Assembly: GCA_018396535.1 (NCBI GenBank) | Contig: JAGTQC010000003.1 | Coordinates: 112,052-176,051 of the forward strand | Direction of reading: 5' to 3' | DNA length: 64,000 nucleotides | DNA from: Candidatus Bathyarchaeota archaeon | GTDB lineage: Archaea > Thermoproteota > CALKCG01 > B24 > DRYS01 | Shown here: positions 50,849 to 61,496 of the stretch, piece after piece | How positions within the stretch are numbered: the stretch's first letter is position 1 | Layout of the letters: the number at the start of each line of letters is the position of its first letter | Translations under genes and position numbers: made by a program | Notes under the pieces: generated by a model | What the model was told of the DNA's origin: nothing | Databases searched by the model: none | The model's input: only the letters and a program-made list of their open reading frames with translations

Positions 50849-51919
50849 ATGAAGGTTATCTATGGGGATATACTCGAAGGTGGAGGTCAGATATTACGTT
50901 TTACTCTACCGATAGCAGCCATAGTAGGCTCACCCATAAAGATAGTTAGGATAAGGGCTAAAAGACCTAATCCAGGTCTTAGGAGACAACATATGATTTC
51001 AGTAGAATCCATAGCTAAATTATCAAACGCTAAGGTAGAGGGTTTAGAGCTAGGTTCTCAAGAGTTAACGTTTATACCTGGCTCCCTCAAAGGTGGTAGG
51101 TATACCTTCGATATAGGTACAGCCGGTAGTACTACTCTAGTATTGCAAGCTCTCTTACCTGTGATGGCTTTCACTAACGGTAATGTCGATGTAACCGTAA
51201 TCGGCGGGACAAATAACCCTATGGCCCCCCCGATAGACTATGTAGAGAGGATATTATTACCGGTATTAGTGTCCATGGGTTTTAACCCACGTATAGAATT
51301 GATCCGTAGAGGATTCTACCCCTCAGGTGGTGGTATAGTTAAAGCTACTTCTACACCTATAGAAGATGTATTAAAACCTATACGTATCCTAGAATTCGGC
51401 TATGTTAAACGTATATCTGGGATAGTTTACAGCTCACGTTTACCTCCACATATAGTAGATCGTATGGCATCTACAGTTGAAAAACTACTATCTAAGAAGG
51501 GTTATGACATCGTATTGGAAAGAGAAGTACTTCAACCCTCTAACCCTAGATGCGCTATCAGTCCAGGTTGCGGTATACTACTCTATGCAGAGCTTTCCTC
51601 AGGATTCCGGATCGCCTCAGATAGACTAGGTGTTAAAGGTAAACCTGCGGAGGATGTAGCTGAAGAAGCTGTGAGAGATCTTGAATCGCAGATAGAGGTG
51701 GCGTACCCTGTAGATAAGCATCTAGCAGATCAGCTTATAATATGGATGGCTTTAGCTGATGGCGAATCCAGTATTGCTACATGTGAATTAACTCTCCACA
51801 CCCTTACATGTATAGAACTCGCTAAGCAGTTGTTAGGTGTAGAATTCGAGGTGGATGGAGGGGAGGGTAAGCCTTCTAAAATAACTTGTAGAGGTTTAGG
51901 CTTAAAGATCGTAAGGTAG
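50849..51919 (+). CDS. rtcA: RNA 3'-terminal phosphate cyclase
   Basis: EGGGQILR, RPNPGL..QH, GTAGS, RGFYP.GGG, HLADQ, TLH. Confidence 0.95.
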   Translation: MKVIYGDILEGGGQILRFTLPIAAIVGSPIKIVRIRAKRPNPGLRRQHMISVESIAKLSNAKVEGLELGSQELTFIPGSLKGGRYTFDIGTAGSTTLVLQALLPVMAFTNGNVDVTVIGGTNNPMAPPIDYVERILLPVLVSMGFNPRIELIRRGFYPSGGGIVKATSTPIEDVLKPIRILEFGYVKRISGIVYSSRLPPHIVDRMASTVEKLLSKKGYDIVLEREVLQPSNPRCAISPGCGILLYAELSSGFRIASDRLGVKGKPAEDVAEEAVRDLESQIEVAYPVDKHLADQLIIWMALADGESSIATCELTLHTLTCIELAKQLLGVEFEVDGGEGKPSKITCRGLGLKIVR

Positions 51920-51938
51920 GGCCTCCCTTTATGTATAG

Positions 51939-52322
51939 CTAAGCTTTCTCTACCCGTATCCTCTCCCCGTCTCTAACCTTTCTAAAGATCCTAGGATCGC
52001 CTAAAATCCTAGCGAATACGTTTACAGGACTATAAGCTCTAGGCTTCTCACCTATGCTAACTGGAGTTGGTCCGAAAAATATACATATAGCTCTTCCAGG
52101 AGGCCAGAAAGCTACATCACCTACTTCCACATCCTGTGATGAATTCTCTAACTCGATATCTAACCCTACGCTAAAGTAGACCTCATCACCCCATCTTCTA
52201 GCTACACCTTCGAGTGGTAATGCTCTCCATATAGCTTCGCATGTTCTAGGATTTACATTATCCATGAGTTCAGCATGAACTTCACCTATACTCGTAGATA
52301 TGATCTTCATCAATCTAGGCAT
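51939..52322 (-). CDS. Cyclophilin-like fold protein (DUF369/TM1367-like)
   Basis: WGDEVYF, GDVAFWPPG..ICIFFGPTP. Confidence 0.85.
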   Translation of the reverse strand: MPRLMKIISTSIGEVHAELMDNVNPRTCEAIWRALPLEGVARRWGDEVYFSVGLDIELENSSQDVEVGDVAFWPPGRAICIFFGPTPVSIGEKPRAYSPVNVFARILGDPRIFRKVRDGERIRVEKA

Positions 52323-52422
52323 ATCTGGATCACTATAGCTTTAGTGAACCGGTCATATTAATGTTACATACAGACCCCTACCCAACCTTTTATATTCTAA
52401 TAGTTCTGAAATTCTATACGTC

Positions 52423-54087
52423 ATGTTGAGAAGTAATACCATCAAGTTAGGTATAGAGCGATCACACCATCGTGCTTTACTAAGAGCTCTAGGAATCGAT
52501 TCTAGCGATCTAGGCAAACCATTCATAGGTATAGCATGTAGTTATACAGACTTAGTTCCAGGTCATATGCATCTAGATAGGCTAGCTGAAGCAGTCAAGG
52601 AGGGTGTAAGGGAAGCAGGAGGTGTCCCATTCGTGTTTAATACCATAGCTATCTGTGACGGTATAGCTATGGGTCATATAGGTATGCGTTTCAGTCTACC
52701 ATCTAGAGATTGGATAGCGGATACTGTAGAGCTTATGGTGGAAGCTCATAGACTTGACGGATTAGTAGCTGTAGCTAGCTGTGATAAGATTCTACCAGGT
52801 ATGCTTATGGCTATAGCTAGACTAGATATTCCGAGTATAGTCGTCACGGGTGGGCCTATGCTATCAGGATCGTTCAGTGATAGAACTCATCTAGGTATAG
52901 CATCAGCTGCTGAAGCTGTCGGCCTGTATAAACGTGCTATCATATCTGAGGAGGAGTATAGAATGATAGAGGAGTATTCATGCCCGACATGCGGTTCATG
53001 TAACGGTTTATTCACAGCTAATACTATGGCTTGTCTAACCGAAACTTTAGGGTTGGCTCTACCATATACTGCTACTATACCCGCAGTATATAGTAGAAGG
53101 ATAGCTCTAGCTAGGGAGGCTGGGCGGAGGATAGTGGAGCTTGTACGCGAAGATTTGAAACCCTCCACCATCCTATCCTGGAAATCATTCTACAACGCCA
53201 TAGTTGTGGATATGGCGTTAGGAGGGTCGACCAATACCGTTCTACATCTACCAGCTATAGCTAGGGAATGTGGAATAGATATTCCGCTTGAAATATTTGA
53301 TCAGGTAAGCCGTAGAGTTCCACACATATGCAATCTTATAGGTTTAGGTGGTAGGTATGATATGTTGGACTTCCATATAGCTGGAGGCATCCCAGCTTTA
53401 CTTTCAGAGCTTAAGGATCTACTATACCTAGATGTTATGACAGTTACTGGAAAGACTCTAGGCGAAAATATACGTGAAGCTAAGGTTCTAGATAGACGAG
53501 TTATACATTCTATAGATTCACCGATACATCCTGAAGGTGGTATAGCTATACTTAGGGGGACGTTAGCACCGGATGGAGCTGTATTAAAGACAGCTGGAGT
53601 ACCGACTAATATGATGATGTTTAAAGGCTATGCTAAAGTATGCGATTCTGAAGAAGAGGCTTTAAGATTGGTTATGAATGGGGGTTTAAAGGAATATGAT
53701 ATACTTTTAGTAAGATATGAAGGACCTATAGGCGGACCAGGTATGCCTGAAATGCTTCAGATAACTGCTACGATCACCGGGATGGGTTTAAACGATAAAG
53801 TAGGGTTGATAACTGATGGGAGGTTCTCTGGAGCTACACGTGGATTATGTATAGGTCATGTATCGCCTGAAGCAGCTGTCGGTGGACCTATAGCTTTAGT
53901 CAAGGATGGTGATGTTATAAGTATAGACGTAAAGAGTAGGAGATTGGAGCTAGAGGTTTCTAAAAACGAGTTAGATACTAGGAGAGCGGGATGGAAGCCT
54001 AAGTATAAACCGTTTAAAGGTGTTCTTTCACGCTATGTTAAACTTCTAAAATCCTATATGGATACTTCTGTTAGCCAACTCTCGTAG
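52423..54087 (+). CDS. ilvD: Dihydroxy-acid dehydratase
   Basis: [42 protein letters not shown]. Confidence 0.95.
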   Translation: MLRSNTIKLGIERSHHRALLRALGIDSSDLGKPFIGIACSYTDLVPGHMHLDRLAEAVKEGVREAGGVPFVFNTIAICDGIAMGHIGMRFSLPSRDWIADTVELMVEAHRLDGLVAVASCDKILPGMLMAIARLDIPSIVVTGGPMLSGSFSDRTHLGIASAAEAVGLYKRAIISEEEYRMIEEYSCPTCGSCNGLFTANTMACLTETLGLALPYTATIPAVYSRRIALAREAGRRIVELVREDLKPSTILSWKSFYNAIVVDMALGGSTNTVLHLPAIARECGIDIPLEIFDQVSRRVPHICNLIGLGGRYDMLDFHIAGGIPALLSELKDLLYLDVMTVTGKTLGENIREAKVLDRRVIHSIDSPIHPEGGIAILRGTLAPDGAVLKTAGVPTNMMMFKGYAKVCDSEEEALRLVMNGGLKEYDILLVRYEGPIGGPGMPEMLQITATITGMGLNDKVGLITDGRFSGATRGLCIGHVSPEAAVGGPIALVKDGDVISIDVKSRRLELEVSKNELDTRRAGWKPKYKPFKGVLSRYVKLLKSYMDTSVSQLS

Positions 54088-54974
54088 CCTGGTAATCTAC
54101 CTCTAACTATTTCTTCGAATACTCGTCTTATACTTCTCGTTATAGGCCCCTCACTTCCATCCCCTATTCTCCTCCCATCCACTTCTAGTATAGGTGTTAC
54201 TTCTGCAGCTGTACCTGTGAAGAATGCTTCATCACAGGTGTATAGTTCAACTCTAGCTATAGGTCTCTCGTAAACTGTATATCCTAGGTTTGATGCGATA
54301 TCTATTACAGAAGCTCTAGTTATACCTTCAAGTATATCAGAGTATACGGGTGGTGTATACAGCTTTTCATCCTTAACTATGAATATATTCTCTCCACTCC
54401 CTTCAGATACATAACCTTTATCATCTAGTAGTATAGCTTCATCGTACCCAGCTCTTAGAGCTTCGATTTTCGCTAGAACCGAGTTTATATAATTTCCACA
54501 AGCTTTAGCTTGCGGTGGTAGAGAATATCCAGGTATCCTACGCCATGATGATACACAGCATCGTACACCCTTCGTTGATAAGTACTTACCGAATGGAAAT
54601 ACGGCGATAGCTATATGGATAGGGTTATTGAGCGGGTTTAGACCTATATATCCGTAGCCACGGAATACTATAGGTCTTATGTAGCAATCTTCTCTTATCT
54701 CGTTTATCTTGATCAACTCCACTACTACGCTACAGAGCTCCTCTACAGCATACGGTATATCCATGAAGTATATTTTAGCTGATCTGAATAACCTATCTAT
54801 ATGTTCCTTGAGTCTAAATATATACATCTTGCCATTAGAGGCATAAGCTCTTATACCTTCGAATACACCTGTACCATAATGTAGTGCATGCGTAAGTATA
54901 TGCACTTTAGCTTCACTCCAAGGTTTAAACGTTCCATCAACCCATATCCAATTTGTTTCTTTTAACGCAGACAT
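54054..54974 (-). CDS. ilvE: Branched-chain amino acid aminotransferase
   Basis: [38 protein letters not shown]. Confidence 0.95.
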   Translation of the reverse strand: MSALKETNWIWVDGTFKPWSEAKVHILTHALHYGTGVFEGIRAYASNGKMYIFRLKEHIDRLFRSAKIYFMDIPYAVEELCSVVVELIKINEIREDCYIRPIVFRGYGYIGLNPLNNPIHIAIAVFPFGKYLSTKGVRCCVSSWRRIPGYSLPPQAKACGNYINSVLAKIEALRAGYDEAILLDDKGYVSEGSGENIFIVKDEKLYTPPVYSDILEGITRASVIDIASNLGYTVYERPIARVELYTCDEAFFTGTAAEVTPILEVDGRRIGDGSEGPITRSIRRVFEEIVRGRLPGYESWLTEVSI

Positions 54975-55001
54975 ATCCCCACCTCATACATTAGGATCGT
55001 A

Positions 55002-56294
55002 TCATATTTGTATCTTCAATTCCTTCACTAAGTATTCTAAATAAAAGTATCTGTAGGCCTCATCATCTGTATTGAAGCAGAAGTGTATCTTCTGATAGTT
55101 ATCAGCGAGCGGCTCAGTATAGCATCTAACTTCAGAAGGATTCTTTCTCTCAAGTATGATATCTGCTATAAGTTTAGCTATACTCTCCATGCAATCCTCT
55201 TTCATACCTAGTCTAGTAACCTCTTGTACACCTAATCTTATACCCGATGCTTCTCCTTCATATCGATCCCAAGGTAGGGGTGTAGGGTTGACTATTATAT
55301 TCGCCTCCTCCAACCTATTACTCACACCTGCCGCCCGCCCCTTACCTACATCGATTATCACTTGATGCGATTCTGTAAACCCTATATCTGAGCATAGGAC
55401 GTTTACACCTTCGTTATACAGTGCTTCAGCGAGCTTCTTTGCATTCCTTACAACTTGGTCTGCGTATGCTTCTCCGAAAGCTTGCATCTCACAGGTTGCT
55501 GCAGCTAGGGCTGCTACACGATTTATATGGTGGTTATTTACCAGCTGCCATGCAGAATGATCTATAGTCTCGCTGTAATCCCTCCTACATAGTATTATCC
55601 CTCCTTGAGGTCCGAAAAACGTCTTATGAGTACTACCAGTAACTATATCAGCGCCCTCCCTTAGTGGATCTTGAAATCTTCCACCAGCTATAAGGCCTAG
55701 TACATGAGCTGCATCGTATGCTACTATACAATCCTCCTCCCTAGATATATGTGAAAGCTCCTTTACAGGATGTGGGAATAGGATATCTGAAGCACCTAAC
55801 AATACGATTCTAGGTTTAACCCTTCTAATCAGTCTCTCAGCTCCATCGACGTCGATATTGTAGGATTTATGATCAAAGGGTAGAGGGATCATCGATACTC
55901 CATGTACTAAACTACACTCTCTGAAGCTGCTATGCCCTCCATCCATAACCGATAAAGCTATTATGGAATCCCCAGGCTTCGTAAGAGCATTAATCATTAT
56001 CAAGTTTGCTAGAGTACCGCTTATCGGTATATAATTTACATGTTCAGCTTTGAATAGGGATCTTAGAAGATAACTTGTTAAAGCTTCTATGAGATCTATA
56101 TATTTACATCCTCTGTAGATTCTGGTGTAAAGGAAGCCTATAGCGTATCTATGCCCTAGATCTGTCGATAGAAGTTTTCTAACGAGTGGACTAGCTATAT
56201 TCTCGCTAGCTATCAGGTTTATACATTTAGATCTATAGAGGTGATGCTCTTCTACATAGGATAGTAGATCCATCAAAGCTCTTAGATAATGCAA
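55002..56294 (-). CDS. glyA: Serine hydroxymethyltransferase, archaeal-type
   Basis: INLIASEN, ISGTLAN, YDAAHVLGLIAG..FQDPL, STHKTFFGPQGG, TESHQV. Confidence 0.9.
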   Translation of the reverse strand: MHYLRALMDLLSYVEEHHLYRSKCINLIASENIASPLVRKLLSTDLGHRYAIGFLYTRIYRGCKYIDLIEALTSYLLRSLFKAEHVNYIPISGTLANLIMINALTKPGDSIIALSVMDGGHSSFRECSLVHGVSMIPLPFDHKSYNIDVDGAERLIRRVKPRIVLLGASDILFPHPVKELSHISREEDCIVAYDAAHVLGLIAGGRFQDPLREGADIVTGSTHKTFFGPQGGIILCRRDYSETIDHSAWQLVNNHHINRVAALAAATCEMQAFGEAYADQVVRNAKKLAEALYNEGVNVLCSDIGFTESHQVIIDVGKGRAAGVSNRLEEANIIVNPTPLPWDRYEGEASGIRLGVQEVTRLGMKEDCMESIAKLIADIILERKNPSEVRCYTEPLADNYQKIHFCFNTDDEAYRYFYLEYLVKELKIQI

Positions 56295-56415
56295 GTATGG
56301 CCCCCCAGGATATTGCTAACAAAAAGTTTCTTCAACTATCGTAGGAGGATTTAAGCTTTCCGTATACTCATCGATGTATACCCTTTCTCCCTATATATTC
56401 TAAGAGTAAAATCTA

Positions 56416-58119
56416 GTGTCTCTATACTTTTTACGAACACTTATACTCGTAGCATCATCTTATATGTGGGTTGTAATCCTACAATTAGGTATAGTAGCGT
56501 TGGGTAGTAGCTTCATAAGGCTAGATCTAGTGGATAGCTTATGGAGGAGTTATCTAGGATACTTAGAAGGGAGCCCATACTCTATATCGAAGCTTATACG
56601 CAGCTTATCCCCGCGTTATACAATCCATAAGACTGAGTATGTGAGGATCGAACGTCTATCGTATACACTGTATAGTTTTCAAGAAAAGATCTTAGAACGT
56701 ATAATGGGTGATACACTTGTAGTAGGTTTACCTACGGGTTTAGGTAAAACGTATATAGCGGGGGCATTCCTCAGTAGGATGAGTATAGAGAAGCCTATAA
56801 GAGTTCTATTTCTCGTCCCATCTGTACCACTCGGTGTTCAACAAACTCTATTTGCTAGAGAGAAACTCAATATCGATGCGTATTTCATATCTGGAGAGCT
56901 ATCTAGGGATAGAAGGGTTAAACTTAAAGTGTGGAATGCTGGCTTCGTTGTATGCACTCCTCAAACATTCTTCAACGACATACTATCAGATTATCGTGGG
57001 ATACTTATAGATGCTAGAAGAGTTGAAGATCCTATCAAATTCCTAAGAGATAATGGCCTGAATGATTTCCCCTACGATATCGTCGTAGCAGATGAATGCC
57101 AGAGGTATATCGGGCTAACCGATGGGTATTCCATACTCCTAGCTGCTAAGGCATCGGGTAGTAGGATACTTGCCTTAAGTGCTACTCCACTACTTCATGA
57201 TCCTGTAAGGTACGGTGAGCTTAGGAAGGTATTCGATAATATACAGGTGTTTACAGTAGAGGATTCTGAGATAAGGAAATCCATACCTAAGAGGATACTT
57301 AAGATAGTGGAGGTTGATCTACCATCTAGAGTTAAACTACTCTACGATACCCTGATAGGGATAGCTAACGATATTATACGTGAGGTTAAAGAATCCTATG
57401 GAGCTACTCACGACTATATGAAGTGTAGTGAGCATGAGGAGTGTAGGAAAGCTAAATCGCTTAAGATTCTCGCATTTAGACTAGTGGAGGATGGAGCAAG
57501 CAGCCTTATACACTACCAGACTTGGCGTCTACCAGAGATTAAGGTTAGATCACCTAGTATCGATGTATCCCCCTATAGATTATTCCTAGATGTTTTGAAG
57601 GAATCCCCGAATCATAAATTCGACGCCCTCCTCGCTATATTATCTAGGAGTAAATATGAGAAGGCCATAGTATTCGTGGAATCTATAGAGGCTGCTAGAC
57701 AGATAGGTTTAGCTTTTCAGAATATGTATGGCATGGATGATGTAGCGATCCTTGTAGGTAAAGAATTGATGGATCTTGCGCAGCAAACTGCAGCTCTGAT
57801 ACACTTCAAGAGAAGAGCTAAGATACTGGTAGCTACATCTGTAGCTGAGGAGGGGTTGGATATACCCTCAGCTGATCTAGAGGTATGGGTAGATCCACCA
57901 TCTAATCCTAGGAAGTGGATTCAAAGATTTGGACGCATACTTAGGCAGCATGGAGGTAAAAGAGAAGCTGTTACCTATGCTATAATATCTAGAGGTACTC
58001 ATGAAAGGGCTAAGCTTAACTCTATATCTAGAAAGACGGTTAGATACTATGGATTCACCCAGATAATAGTGGAGGAAGATATAGGTAAGCAGAAGTATTT
58101 AACGGAGGATATGACTTAG
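56416..58119 (+). CDS. SF2 DEAD/DEAH-box helicase, Hef/FANCM-like, without nuclease domain
   Basis: LPTGLGKT, DECQ, LSATP, ATSVAEEGLDIP, IQRFGR; start uncertain. Confidence 0.75.
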   Translation: MSLYFLRTLILVASSYMWVVILQLGIVALGSSFIRLDLVDSLWRSYLGYLEGSPYSISKLIRSLSPRYTIHKTEYVRIERLSYTLYSFQEKILERIMGDTLVVGLPTGLGKTYIAGAFLSRMSIEKPIRVLFLVPSVPLGVQQTLFAREKLNIDAYFISGELSRDRRVKLKVWNAGFVVCTPQTFFNDILSDYRGILIDARRVEDPIKFLRDNGLNDFPYDIVVADECQRYIGLTDGYSILLAAKASGSRILALSATPLLHDPVRYGELRKVFDNIQVFTVEDSEIRKSIPKRILKIVEVDLPSRVKLLYDTLIGIANDIIREVKESYGATHDYMKCSEHEECRKAKSLKILAFRLVEDGASSLIHYQTWRLPEIKVRSPSIDVSPYRLFLDVLKESPNHKFDALLAILSRSKYEKAIVFVESIEAARQIGLAFQNMYGMDDVAILVGKELMDLAQQTAALIHFKRRAKILVATSVAEEGLDIPSADLEVWVDPPSNPRKWIQRFGRILRQHGGKREAVTYAIISRGTHERAKLNSISRKTVRYYGFTQIIVEEDIGKQKYLTEDMT

Positions 58120-58140
58120 ATATGATCAGAAATCTAAGAG

Positions 58141-59037
58141 TTGAGTCTGAGACTTAGTCTTAATGCGTATAATCGATTAGAGGATGAGGACTTCAAAGTC
58201 TTAGCAGCTATAGAGTTAGGTATGTCTAGCCATGCCTTTACACCTGTAGACTATATAGCTAGAGTTAGCGGTCTGCATGAGAAGGAGGTATCCTATAGGC
58301 TACGTAAACTAAATAAGCTTAAATTAATCTTATCTCGTAGACTTCCACGAGTTGGGTTCGCTATAAATTCTATTGCATATGATTGTCTTGCTATACGTTC
58401 TATGGTTAAATCCGGTATCCTTAAAGCTATCGGTGATGCTCTAGCCGAGGGGAAGGAATCTGATGTGTATCTAGGCTTATCTCCTGAAGATATTAAGCTA
58501 GTCTTAAAATTCCTACGCATAGGTCGTACGAGTTTCAGACAGACGAGAAGATTGAGGAGTTATGTAGAGCAGCGTGATCATATATCATGGCTCTATCAAT
58601 GTAGATTAGCTGCTAATAAAGAGTACGAAGCTCTATCTATCCTATATAAGCTCAGGGTTAGAGTACCTAAGCCTATAGCTTGTAACCGTCACCTCATAGT
58701 CATAAGCTTCTTCGATGGTGTTGAACTAGCATTTTGTAAAGAAATCGAGGATCCAAGTAGTATTCTACTAGATATTTTAAGTGAAGTTAGAAGGGTATAT
58801 ACCGAAGCGTCCATTATACATGGTGATCTAAACGAGTATAATGTCCTTATATCATCTGATGGCGATATATGCATAATAGATTGGCCTCAGTATATAACGT
58901 TAGATCATCCTGGATCTATAGAGTATCTTAGAAGGGATATTAGGAATATCCTATCGTTCTTTAAGAGGAAATACGATGTAGATGTGGATTTAGATAGAGC
59001 GATAGGGTATGTTACAGGTTCATCTTCTATGCTATAG
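58141..59037 (+). CDS. rio2: RIO2 family serine/threonine kinase
   Basis: N-terminal wHTH, GKESDVY, RIGRTSF, IHGDLNEYN, IIDWPQ. Confidence 0.93.
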   Translation: MSLRLSLNAYNRLEDEDFKVLAAIELGMSSHAFTPVDYIARVSGLHEKEVSYRLRKLNKLKLILSRRLPRVGFAINSIAYDCLAIRSMVKSGILKAIGDALAEGKESDVYLGLSPEDIKLVLKFLRIGRTSFRQTRRLRSYVEQRDHISWLYQCRLAANKEYEALSILYKLRVRVPKPIACNRHLIVISFFDGVELAFCKEIEDPSSILLDILSEVRRVYTEASIIHGDLNEYNVLISSDGDICIIDWPQYITLDHPGSIEYLRRDIRNILSFFKRKYDVDVDLDRAIGYVTGSSSML

Positions 59038-60270
59038 GATATCTCCCCTCAGCTAGTTCCATACAGAACTTATCTATATTATCCAATTCTTCTGCTACAC
59101 AATTCTTCACATCGTCTTCTATCTCCTTTAAATCCACCCCATCTTCTAGGATTAGCTGTACAGCAGCTATCTTAGGCTCATTTATAGGCTCTCCTATCTG
59201 ACTTAGAAGCCAGACGTACACTTCCTGTAAGCCATTTATACTCGTATAGATTCTACTAGCTATCTTATGTGTAAGTACATTGTATATCTTACCTATATGG
59301 GAGACCGGATTCTTACCGGCTGCAGCTTCAGAACTTATAGGTCTATTAAGAGGTATAACCCCGTTTACTCTATTCCCCCTGCCTACTTGACCTGAATCAG
59401 CACTATCAGCTGAAGTACCTAGAACTGTAAGGTATAATCCTTCTATACCTCTCCCCATTCTATCTAGCGTATTCAGTTTAACTTCAAACTCATCGAAGTA
59501 TCCCTTCGAGGATAAGAGTTCTATAAGCTCTTCTAGAACCTCCTCCTTCCTCTTGAAGTAGGTGTATTCAGAATCTATGAATCTATCTACAAAAGCCATC
59601 GATACCGTAAGATCGAGTTTATCACCATATCTTAACCCCATCACTTTAACATCCTCCCCAGTTTCTGGATGCCTCTTTTTGAATTCCGATGAATTTAAGA
59701 ACCTTTCAACCTCGTATACTATACGTTCTACTCTACTCATAGGAGCGTAGCCTACAGCTGCGGATGTATCGTTAGCTTCTAGATATTTACCTCCTCTAGC
59801 GAATATATCTCTTAAAGCCTGTGATCCAGGTCTAATCTCTACCTGGTATACGACATGGGTATCTGGATCTATAAACCTCATATTATTCTTAAACCACTCC
59901 TTAGCCGCTGAGATCGCTATCTCATCTACAGGTATGGTATCACCATCTATACTCCATGTAGCTCTATCACCGAATACAAGCTTCATGGGCTTCTTTATAA
60001 TACCGCCGCCGAACCTATTTTCAGCTTCACCTGCAGCTAGTAGACCCTTATCTATGTTATGGTGTAGTATCTGCCCATACTTCTTCAGATATTCTAGACT
60101 AAGCTTGACGGATACGCTATCCATTATAGCATCGCATATATAGTCTGGGTGACCTAGGCCTGTGAGGGCTATCTAACCCAAGCGAGTTAGATAGCTTTCC
60201 TCTCGACTATCTCTACTTTACGCTTCTCTACTGGTTCTCCTCTCAATCTCTCGACGACTATTCTAGGCAT
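59027..60270 (-). CDS. mat: Archaeal S-adenosylmethionine synthetase (MAT), two exons: 60270..60197 + 60161..59027, 402 aa after splicing
   Basis: Exon 1 [25 protein letters not shown] joins [10 protein letters not shown]; [39 protein letters not shown]; the ORF track catches only the part from Met38. Confidence 0.93.
60162..60196 (-). other. Candidate 35-nt bulge-helix-bulge-type mRNA intron in mat
   Basis: GAGG-AA^A-GCTATCTAAC-TC-GCTT-GG-GTTAGATAGC-CCTC-AC^A-GGC; removal gives AGG AAA GGC CTA GGT CAC (RKGLGH). Confidence 0.85.
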
Positions 60271-60344
60271 ATCGCCCTCATGCCTCCATATATGATGATA
60301 ATTTAGCTTATACCTTTAAGCTTAAATATATTACTCTGTATACC

Positions 60345-60575
60345 TTAGGCTTCGAAGGATATGTAGAGTATATTGCTTCCCCTTATGAATATCCTCCCAT
60401 AGTTGACTTTAGGCTCTCCATCCCTATACTCTTCTGCATCGTCGAGTAGGAGATTCATGTAGGTGTCGCATGAAACTATAACACCAGAGTATTCAGCGTT
60501 ATTCTTAAGCCTAATTTTAACACGTGAATTTCTTAGTTTCGCTAATACATTCATCGGTTTAACTCCTGAAGACAT
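60345..60575 (-). CDS. Sm/LSm-like archaeal RNA-binding protein
   Basis: Sm1 (IRLKNN..YSG....DTYMNLLL) and Sm2 (IFIRGSNI). Confidence 0.92.
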   Translation of the reverse strand: MSSGVKPMNVLAKLRNSRVKIRLKNNAEYSGVIVSCDTYMNLLLDDAEEYRDGEPKVNYGRIFIRGSNILYISFEA

Positions 60576-60650
60576 GCTCCCACCATCTAGATGGCATACC
60601 GTCTAGACTAGCCTTATTCTAAAAGTTTCTTCGATTCTATAGATAAACGT

Positions 60651-61496
60651 TTAGCCTGGCTTCGAAGGTTTCTCAATAAGCTTCCTCTTAGATAGGATCT
60701 CCCCCTTACGGTTATGTGGTGATCTATAGACTGTATCCAACCCCTTCTCTATCTCTCTAGCTTCAGAAGCTTGTTTAGCAGCATAGCTCATAAGCTCGTG
60801 TGCTGCTGCTACTATCGATGTATATTCTACCCAATCCTCTATCTTGAAGCACCCCTCGACTGTTAGATCTGCAACTTTAGCAGCAGCTTCGTATGCGGCT
60901 ATAGCTTTAGCCTTAGCATACGGGTTAGTGAATTGACCCGCTTCTACTGCAACCTTCCTATCTACTACAATCTTAGGTAGCTTCAACTCCTCCCCCTTCT
61001 TCAAGTATTCTATCACTCTATCTAACTCAATCTGTATAACTCTGAATGCACCCGTAGCTGATAGAATTTTTATCAGATCGGCGTTATATATAGCCATCTC
61101 TACCGGATCTAGGAACTCTCTCCTAGCACCTATCATAGAATCTCCTAAGACTATTATGTATCCATAGCCCCCCTCATCAAGCTCTTTTACAATCCTCCTA
61201 GATGGTGCATCCGATACGATGATCGTAGGTATATTCGCATCCTTAAGTAAACTTCTCAATCTTCTAGGTCCAGGTAGACCTGCATTAGGACTTACCGCTA
61301 CAGCTAAATCTGGTTTAAACTCTATTAAGGCTTTAGCTACATCTTCTGCATCCTTCTCTCCCATCTTAGCACCGGAGGAAACGACTCTAACTACTAGATC
61401 ATCCCTATCAGCTCTCTCATCTAATAGATATTCTATCAGAGGGGATGAAGCTATACAACCAAGCTTACCGAAACCTACAGTTACAACCTCCTTCAT
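60651..61496 (-). CDS. mtd: F420-dependent methylene-H4MPT dehydrogenase
   Basis: KLGCIA, LLDERADR, SGAKM, SPN, DSMIGARREFLDPVEMA, NPYAKAKA, AAHE, RSPH. Confidence 0.93.
   Translation of the reverse strand: MKEVVTVGFGKLGCIASSPLIEYLLDERADRDDLVVRVVSSGAKMGEKDAEDVAKALIEFKPDLAVAVSPNAGLPGPRRLRSLLKDANIPTIIVSDAPSRRIVKELDEGGYGYIIVLGDSMIGARREFLDPVEMAIYNADLIKILSATGAFRVIQIELDRVIEYLKKGEELKLPKIVVDRKVAVEAGQFTNPYAKAKAIAAYEAAAKVADLTVEGCFKIEDWVEYTSIVAAAHELMSYAAKQASEAREIEKGLDTVYRSPHNRKGEILSKRKLIEKPSKPG

Noticed and set aside
50849-51919. rtcA as part of the mat intron splicing system
   Set aside because: BHB splicing uses EndA and RtcB; rtcA is a common housekeeping gene about 8 kb from the intron.
59027-60124. 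MAT as a 365-aa protein starting at Met38, or as a pseudogene
   Set aside because: This version lacks the conserved GHPD motif. The upstream exon is intact and the only lesion is a precisely excisable structured insert.
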